Source of the DNA: an uncultured Bordetella sp.
Lineage (GTDB): Bacteria; Pseudomonadota; Gammaproteobacteria; Burkholderiales; Burkholderiaceae_C
Direction: 5' to 3'
Assembly: GCA_964390775.1 (NCBI GenBank)
Contig: CAYMJT010000001.1
Span: 21,199 to 85,198 of the forward strand
DNA length: 64,000 bases
Below, one piece after another: positions 57,930 through 64,000 of this stretch (position 1 is its first letter; each line of letters starts with the position of its first letter). The translations under genes were made by a program, and so were the position numbers. Below the pieces are notes generated by a model. The model saw only the letters and a list, made by a program, of their open reading frames with translations, ran no database searches and had not been told where the DNA came from.

Positions 57930-59558
57930 TCAGGTTCCCGGCAAGCGGTAGTCGATCAGTTTTTTTCGCAACTCGGTTTTGAGCATTTTGCCCGTGGCTC
58001 CCAATGGGATGGCATCGACAAAAACCACATCGTCAGGAATTTGCCATTTGGCCGTTTTACCCTCATAAAACTTGAGCAGTTCATCACGCTCCACCTCGAG
58101 CCCAGGCTTCTTCACGACGACCACAATCGGGCGCTCATCCCATTTAGGATGACGCACCCCGACACAGGCGGCCATCGCCACCGCCGGATGAGCCATGGCA
58201 ATGTTTTCAATGTCGATCGAACTGATCCACTCCCCCCCTGACTTAATCACGTCTTTGCTGCGATCTGTGATTTGCATAAAACCATCGGTGTCGATGGTGG
58301 CCACGTCCCCGGTGGGAAACCATCCCCCGCGTAAGGGATCGCCGCCTTCGCCTTTGAAGTACTCGCGAATGACCCAAGGTCCTCTGACCAACAAGTCACC
58401 GTAAGCGACACCGTCTTGGGCTTGTTCCTGACCGTCATCGTCGACGATTTTCATGTCGACGCCAAAAATGGCCCGGCCTTGTTTGAGACGGATGTTCATT
58501 TGCTGCTCGGATGGCAAGCTCAGATGTTTGTTTTTCAGGGTGCAAACTGTACCCAAGGGGCTCATCTCGGTCATTCCCCAGGCATGCAAGACGTCCACAC
58601 CGTATTCCTCACGAAACGCCGAGATCATGGCCGGTGGGCATGCTGAACCACCAATGACCGTGCGTTGCAGGGTGCCAAAACGAATCCCTGCCGGTTTCAT
58701 GTGACTGAGCAACATTTGCCAGACGGTGGGGACACCTGCGGCAAAGGTCACCCCCTCGGTCTCGAGCAACTCATAGACCGATTTGCCGTCAAGTTGGGCT
58801 CCGGGGAACACCAATTTAGCCCCAACCATGGCGCAGCTATAGGGAATCCCCCAGGCATTCACATGGAACATCGGCACCACCGGCAAAACCGAGTCGCGGG
58901 CGGACAAACACATCGCATCAGGCAATGCGGCCGAGAACGCATGAAGCAAGGTCGAGCGATGAGAATACAAGGCTGCTTTGGGGTTGCCCGTGGTGCCGCT
59001 GGTGTAACACATGCTGGAAGCAGTGTTCTCATCGAGTTCGGGCCAGTCATAGGTGTCTGGATGCTGGTTGACCCAGTCTTCGTAGCTGACCAGATTCGGA
59101 ATACCTGTGTCGCTGGGCAAGGCGGTCGCGTCGCACAAGGCCACGTAATGACGGATGGTTTTGCATTGGGCGTGGACTTTTTGAACCAGCGGTAAAAAAG
59201 TCATGTCAAAGCACAACACCCGATCTTCGGCGTGGTTGGCAATCCAAACCACTTGATCGGGGTGTAGCCGGGGATTGATGGTGTGCAAGACCCGACCCGA
59301 ACCGCTGACGCCAAAATACAACTCCAGGTGCCGATAGCCATTCCAAGCCAGCGTGGCGATCCGCTCCCCTCGCCCAATAGCCCATTCGTCAATGGCGTTG
59401 GCCACTTGTCTGGAGCGGCGGGCAATCCCTGCCCAATGGGTACGATGGATGTCACCCTCAACCCGTCGCGAAACGATCTCAGTGTCACCATGGTGTTTTT
59501 CGGCATGCACGATCAGAGCCGAAATATTCAATGGCATTTGTTGCATCAAACCCAGCAT
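57930..59558 (-). CDS. Fatty-acid/3-(methylthio)propionate-CoA ligase (AlkK/DmdB-like)
   Basis: [44 protein letters not shown]. Confidence 0.92.
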   Translation of the reverse strand: MLGLMQQMPLNISALIVHAEKHHGDTEIVSRRVEGDIHRTHWAGIARRSRQVANAIDEWAIGRGERIATLAWNGYRHLELYFGVSGSGRVLHTINPRLHPDQVVWIANHAEDRVLCFDMTFLPLVQKVHAQCKTIRHYVALCDATALPSDTGIPNLVSYEDWVNQHPDTYDWPELDENTASSMCYTSGTTGNPKAALYSHRSTLLHAFSAALPDAMCLSARDSVLPVVPMFHVNAWGIPYSCAMVGAKLVFPGAQLDGKSVYELLETEGVTFAAGVPTVWQMLLSHMKPAGIRFGTLQRTVIGGSACPPAMISAFREEYGVDVLHAWGMTEMSPLGTVCTLKNKHLSLPSEQQMNIRLKQGRAIFGVDMKIVDDDGQEQAQDGVAYGDLLVRGPWVIREYFKGEGGDPLRGGWFPTGDVATIDTDGFMQITDRSKDVIKSGGEWISSIDIENIAMAHPAVAMAACVGVRHPKWDERPIVVVVKKPGLEVERDELLKFYEGKTAKWQIPDDVVFVDAIPLGATGKMLKTELRKKLIDYRLPGT

Positions 59559-59668
59559 GTGGCCTCCTTTTGAGCTTATTTTGCACCAGTGATGCAGAGC
59601 TTCCCTGGCCTCGTTCCCCGAAGGCCGTATGGCCGACAAGGACAGCCCGATTGTCGGACAATGACAGT

Positions 59669-61159
59669 ATGCACTCTAGATTAGGTTTGCCCCCCGCTCC
59701 AATCTGTCTCCATCGCTTTGCCCGGCTTGGACCCGCGTTCTACACCCCATGGCAGGCGACTCCCTTGCCCGAACCCCGTTGGGTGGCGGCTTCCGATGCG
59801 TTGGCTCTTGAACTGGGCTGGCCGCAAGACTGGCAAGAACACACTGGGCTGTTGGACATTTTGACCGGTAACCAGCCCTGGCCCGGTAGCGAACCCCTGG
59901 CCAGCGTCTACAGCGGACACCAATTTGGGGTGTGGGCAGGCCAGTTGGGAGACGGGCGCGCACTGACCCTGGGTGAAGTCCAGACCCCTGCAGGCCCCAT
60001 GGAAGTCCAGCTCAAAGGGGCTGGCCCCACGCCCTATTCCCGCCGCGCCGATGGTCGCGCAGTGCTGCGTTCGAGCATTCGGGAGTTTTTGTGTTCTGAG
60101 GCCATGCATGCTTTGGGCATACCCACCACACGAGCCCTGGCCCTGACCGCCTCACCAGCCAGGGTGTGGCGAGAAACCGCAGAAACAGCCGCCGTGGTCA
60201 CCCGTGTCGCGCCAAGTTTCATTCGGTTTGGTCATTTTGAGCACTTTGCTTCGCTCGATCGACCCGACGAGGTCAATCGCTTGCTGGAGTTTTGCCGGAC
60301 TGAATTGGGCCTTGGGACGGGCATGGCCAGCCATCCAGCGCTGGCTTTGTTGCAAGATGTCTCTGACCGTACCGCCGACTTGTTGGCGAGGTGGCAAGCG
60401 ATTGGTTTTTGTCACGGGGTGATGAACACTGACAACATGAGCATTTTGGGACTCACTCTGGATTACGGCCCCTTCCAATTCATGGACGCCTACGCCCCGG
60501 GACACATCTGTAACCACACCGACACTTTGGGCCGCTATGCCTTCAATCGACAACCCCGGGTGGCGCACTGGAATCTTCACGCCTTGGGACAAGCCTTGAT
60601 GGCACTGGTGAAGGATGCTGATGCTGTGCTTGCGGTCTTGGAAACTTACCCAGCGCGATTCGAACAGGCCTGGCTGTCCCAAATCCGACTCAAGCTCGGT
60701 CTGCGCCAGTGCGATGCGGGCGATCTAGCGGCGATCCAGAGCTTGTATGACTGGATGGCTCAGGATGCCTGCGACCACACCCTGTTTTGGCGGCGGCTGA
60801 GCCAAAGTGTGCTGGACTGGCAGGCTGGGCAAGCCCCCGACCAGGCGTTTATCCCGGTGACCGATCTGGCGCGCAATCCCACCCCCTTGCAGCAATTTTT
60901 AAGCTGGTTTCAGCAACGCCTGCACCTGGAAGGCCGAAACGACGCTGGTCAACGCATGTTGTGCGCTAATCCTCGTTTTGTGCTGCGCAATTACATGGCC
61001 GAAGGGGTGATACGCTCTGCACAAGCAGGCGACTTTGAACCCGTGCGGCAGTTGCTCAGGGTGTTGCAAACCCCCTATGATGAACACCCCGAGCATTCGG
61101 CTTGGGCTGGATTTCCGCCCGAATGGGCACAACACATCGAAATTTCTTGTTCCTCATGA
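59669..61159 (+). CDS. selO: Protein adenylyltransferase SelO
   Basis: [38 protein letters not shown]-terminal SCSS. Confidence 0.95.
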   Translation: MHSRLGLPPAPICLHRFARLGPAFYTPWQATPLPEPRWVAASDALALELGWPQDWQEHTGLLDILTGNQPWPGSEPLASVYSGHQFGVWAGQLGDGRALTLGEVQTPAGPMEVQLKGAGPTPYSRRADGRAVLRSSIREFLCSEAMHALGIPTTRALALTASPARVWRETAETAAVVTRVAPSFIRFGHFEHFASLDRPDEVNRLLEFCRTELGLGTGMASHPALALLQDVSDRTADLLARWQAIGFCHGVMNTDNMSILGLTLDYGPFQFMDAYAPGHICNHTDTLGRYAFNRQPRVAHWNLHALGQALMALVKDADAVLAVLETYPARFEQAWLSQIRLKLGLRQCDAGDLAAIQSLYDWMAQDACDHTLFWRRLSQSVLDWQAGQAPDQAFIPVTDLARNPTPLQQFLSWFQQRLHLEGRNDAGQRMLCANPRFVLRNYMAEGVIRSAQAGDFEPVRQLLRVLQTPYDEHPEHSAWAGFPPEWAQHIEISCSS

Positions 61160-61566
61160 ACCCATTGCCGCAAAACGACGAAGAGTGGCGCGATTGGCTT
61201 CACCGCCAAGGGGCCGAACCCATGGCCTTCGAAGTGACACGCCGTGCCGCGACCGAGCGACCTTTCACGGGAAAGTACGAAGACCATTGGCAGGCTGGTC
61301 GCTACTCTTGCGTCTGCTGCTCTGCCCTTTTGTTTGATGCTGGCACCAAATTCGATGCGGGCTGTGGCTGGCCCAGCTTTTGGCAAGTCGCTGAGCCTGG
61401 CGCCATCAAGGAGGTGGTCGATCGCAGCCACGGCATGGTGCGCACCGAAACCCGTTGCGCGCGCTGTGATGCTCATCTGGGCCATGTTTTTCCTGACGGC
61501 CCAGCCCCCACAGGCTTGCGTTATTGCATGAACTCAGCCGCTTTGAGTTTCAAAGGTGAGTCATGA
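61156..61566 (+). CDS. msrB: Peptide-methionine (R)-S-oxide reductase
   Basis: [28 protein letters not shown]. Confidence 0.95.
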   Translation: MNPLPQNDEEWRDWLHRQGAEPMAFEVTRRAATERPFTGKYEDHWQAGRYSCVCCSALLFDAGTKFDAGCGWPSFWQVAEPGAIKEVVDRSHGMVRTETRCARCDAHLGHVFPDGPAPTGLRYCMNSAALSFKGES

Positions 61567-62099
61567 AACTTCTGATCGATTTCTTCCCGATTGTTCTTTT
61601 CTTTCTGGCTTTCAAGCTGTTTGATATTTATGTGGCGACAGCGGTGGCGATCGGCGGAACTTTGGTGCAAATGGCCTGGTTAAGATTTAAAACTGGGCGC
61701 ACAGAGCCCATGCAATGGCTCAGTCTGGGTGTGATTGTGTTGTTTGGCGGGGCGACCTTGTTGGCTCATGACGAAACCTTCATCAAGTGGAAGCCCACCG
61801 TGTTGTATGCCTTGATGGCCTTGGCTTTGTGGGGGGGCTGGTTTTTCACCCGACGCAATTTCATCCGTACCCTTTTGGGCAAGCAACTCATTTTGCCGGA
61901 ACCGATTTGGCAAAATTTATTGCATGCTTGGGCTGGATTCTTCACTTTCATGGCTGGTTTGAATTTGTGGGTGGCCTACAGCTTTGACACCGATACATGG
62001 GTCAATTTCAAGCTGTTTGGCGGCATGGGCCTGATGGTTTTGTTTGTGCTTGCCCAAGCCCTGTATCTCGGGCGCCATGTGCAAGAGCCCGAAGCATGA
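61563..62099 (+). CDS. ispZ: Inner membrane septation protein A (YciB/IspZ)
   Basis: [24 protein letters not shown]. Confidence 0.93.
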   Translation: MKLLIDFFPIVLFFLAFKLFDIYVATAVAIGGTLVQMAWLRFKTGRTEPMQWLSLGVIVLFGGATLLAHDETFIKWKPTVLYALMALALWGGWFFTRRNFIRTLLGKQLILPEPIWQNLLHAWAGFFTFMAGLNLWVAYSFDTDTWVNFKLFGGMGLMVLFVLAQALYLGRHVQEPEA

Positions 62100-62365
62100 C
62101 CCTCAGTGCAGACTCTTTGCGGCAGCAACTCCTGGACCGACTGGCTCCTCGGTGGCTGGAAGTGATCGACGAAAGCGCCGCCCACGCCGGTCATGCAGGC
62201 TCCAACGGATTGGGACAAGGAACCCATTTCAGGGTACGCATCGGAGACCCGGCTTTCACCCAACTGACTCGGGTGCAGCGCCATCGTCTTGTGTATGATG
62301 CGTTAGATGACGCCATGGCCCAGGGTTTACACGCCTTGGCGATCGAATTTGTTCCCACTGAATGA
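62096..62365 (+). CDS. bolA: BolA family protein
   Basis: DESAAHAGH, THF, RVQRHRLVY, HAL. Confidence 0.92.
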   Translation: MTLSADSLRQQLLDRLAPRWLEVIDESAAHAGHAGSNGLGQGTHFRVRIGDPAFTQLTRVQRHRLVYDALDDAMAQGLHALAIEFVPTE

Positions 62366-62393
62366 CCAACCATTGATCAAGGATTTTCGTCAA

Positions 62394-63176
62394 ATGAATA
62401 AGTATCTCGCGGCCTCGGCACTGACGCTGGCTATGTCAGCCCTGTCCACCTCGGCACTGTCTCAGAATCTGGCCATTGTGAATGGCAAGCCCGTGCCCAA
62501 AGCCCGGGCCGAGGCGCTGTCCCAGCAACTGGCCCGTTCGGGCCGTCCGGTGACTCCGGATGTCGAGGCCCAGATCAAGGAAGAAGTGATCGCGCGCGAG
62601 ATTTTCATGCAAGAAGCCCAAAAGCGGGGCCTGGATGCCAGCGATGATTTCAAAGGCCAAATGGAATTGGCTCGGCAAACGATTCTGATTCGCGAGTTGT
62701 TTGCCGATGAGCAAAAGAAAAACCCGGTGACCGACGCCGATATGAAAGCCGAATACGACAAATTCGTCGCAGCCAATGGGGGCAAAGAGTACCGTGCCCG
62801 CCACATTCTGGTGGAAAAGGAAGAGCAGGCCAAAGCCATTTTGGCCAGCTTGAAGAAGGGGGCCAAGTTTGAAGATCTGGCTAAAAAACAATCCAAAGAC
62901 CCTGGCTCGGGCGCCAATGGCGGGGATTTGGATTGGGCCGCGCCAGGTAATTTCGTCAAAGAGTTTTCCGATGCCATGGTGGCACTCAAAAAAGGCCAAG
63001 TCACTGACACCCCTGTCAAAAGCCAATTTGGTTTCCATGTGATCCGCTTGGACGATGTCCGCGAGGCCCAACTGCCCAAATTTGATGATGTGAAAGCCCA
63101 AATTTCACAGCAACTGCAACAGCAGCGCCTGGGTCAATTTCAGCAGGACATGCGCGCCAAAGCCAAGGTGGAGTAA
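62394..63176 (+). CDS. Periplasmic parvulin-type peptidyl-prolyl isomerase
   Basis: Signal peptide; ARHILV, SKDPGS..NGGDL, SQFGFHVI. Confidence 0.92.
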   Translation: MNKYLAASALTLAMSALSTSALSQNLAIVNGKPVPKARAEALSQQLARSGRPVTPDVEAQIKEEVIAREIFMQEAQKRGLDASDDFKGQMELARQTILIRELFADEQKKNPVTDADMKAEYDKFVAANGGKEYRARHILVEKEEQAKAILASLKKGAKFEDLAKKQSKDPGSGANGGDLDWAAPGNFVKEFSDAMVALKKGQVTDTPVKSQFGFHVIRLDDVREAQLPKFDDVKAQISQQLQQQRLGQFQQDMRAKAKVE

Positions 63177-63194
63177 GCCTGCCGCGTGAGCGGC

Positions 63195-64000
63195 TTAGCC
63201 CACCCAGACCCGGGCATTGCGCCACATACGCATCCAGGGGCTAAATTCTTGAGCACTGGGTGCAGCCCAACTGAACTGCAATTGTCTAAATACTCGTTCA
63301 GGGTGCGGCATCATGGCAGTGAATCGGCCATCATCGGTGGTCACCGCCGTCAAGCCCCCTGGGCTACCATTGGGGTTGGCTGGGTAACGCTCAGTCACCC
63401 GCCCTTGCGCATCGACAAAACGCATCGCCGCCCGAACGCGAGTTGCGTCGCCTTGCAGATTGAAATTTGCCAAGCCCTCGCCGTGAGACACCACGATGGG
63501 TAACACACTATCGGCCATGCCTTGAAAAAAGATGCTCGGCGAGTCCAGTACCTGAACTTGAGACAGTCTGGCTTCAAAGCGTTCGCTGAGGTTGGCCGTA
63601 AAGCGTGGCCAAAATTCAGCCCCCGGAATGATCGAGGCCAATTCTGCAAACATCTGACAACCGTTGCACACCCCCAAAGCAAAAGTGTCTTGGCGTTGGA
63701 AAAAGGCGCTGAACTGAGCGCGCATGGCGGGGTTGAAGGTGATACTTCGGGCCCAACCAACTCCAGCGCCCAAGGTGTCGCCGTAGCTAAAACCGCCACA
63801 AGCCACCAATCCATTAAAGTCACTCAGGTTTGTGCGCCCCGATTGCAAGTCGGTCATGTGCACATCGTGTGCCTCAAAGCCAGCAACATGAAAGGCGTAG
63901 GCCATCTCCAAGTGTGAATTCACGCCCTGCTCGCGCAACACGGCCACTTTGGGACGAGAAAGATTCAGGAAAGGGGCCGCTACGTCTTGCTGTGGGTCAA
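63195..64000 (-). CDS. purL: Phosphoribosylformylglycinamidine synthase, C-terminal glutaminase domain (truncated by window end)
   Basis: LREQGVN, GGFSYGD, GVCNGCQ, SHGEG, MMPHPER; frame stays open to the window end. Confidence 0.95.
   Translation of the reverse strand, partial: DPQQDVAAPFLNLSRPKVAVLREQGVNSHLEMAYAFHVAGFEAHDVHMTDLQSGRTNLSDFNGLVACGGFSYGDTLGAGVGWARSITFNPAMRAQFSAFFQRQDTFALGVCNGCQMFAELASIIPGAEFWPRFTANLSERFEARLSQVQVLDSPSIFFQGMADSVLPIVVSHGEGLANFNLQGDATRVRAAMRFVDAQGRVTERYPANPNGSPGGLTAVTTDDGRFTAMMPHPERVFRQLQFSWAAPSAQEFSPWMRMWRNARVWVG

Noticed and set aside
61140..61159. Possible selenocysteine read-through at the SelO C-terminus
   Set aside because: The protein ends in the usual bacterial Cys form (SCSS), and the TGA overlaps the msrB start
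63174..63197. TAAGCC-N12-GGCTTA between convergent PPIase and purL genes as a terminator
   Set aside because: Weak stem built partly from the two stop codons; no U-tract

Overview
Gene-dense, moderately GC-rich betaproteobacterial chromosome segment. Gene content and synteny suggest Burkholderiales/Comamonadaceae (inference, not searched). About 60 CDS run from a partial purA to a partial purL. They include housekeeping genes (murI, tadA, ldcA, mltG-tmk-holB-tatD, ygfZ, tex, selO-msrB-ispZ-bolA-PPIase), transporters (TTT receptor, chromate pair, Aap, carbohydrate ABC, Liv-type ABC), a sugar-acid catabolic cluster and a long fatty-acid/dicarboxylate beta-oxidation cluster with a TetR-type (FadP-like) operator. 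I found no rRNA, tRNA, CRISPR array, transposase or integrase. The main signal the ORF track does not explain is a 28-bp dif-like XerCD site at 33826-33853, which suggests the window spans the replication terminus. It sits between two lower-GC genes for NHL-repeat beta-propeller lipoproteins that share an LQACGG lipobox and upstream motifs. Other notable items are a TadA-haloalkane dehalogenase fusion, a Tat-lipoprotein amidohydrolase/decarboxylase, a PhyH dioxygenase coupled to a sugar ABC operon, a LivM-LivG fusion, an Aap operon without its ATPase and several apparently leaderless genes. All calls are by-eye motif recognition; start codons were adjusted using RBS and overlap evidence, and no database search was run.
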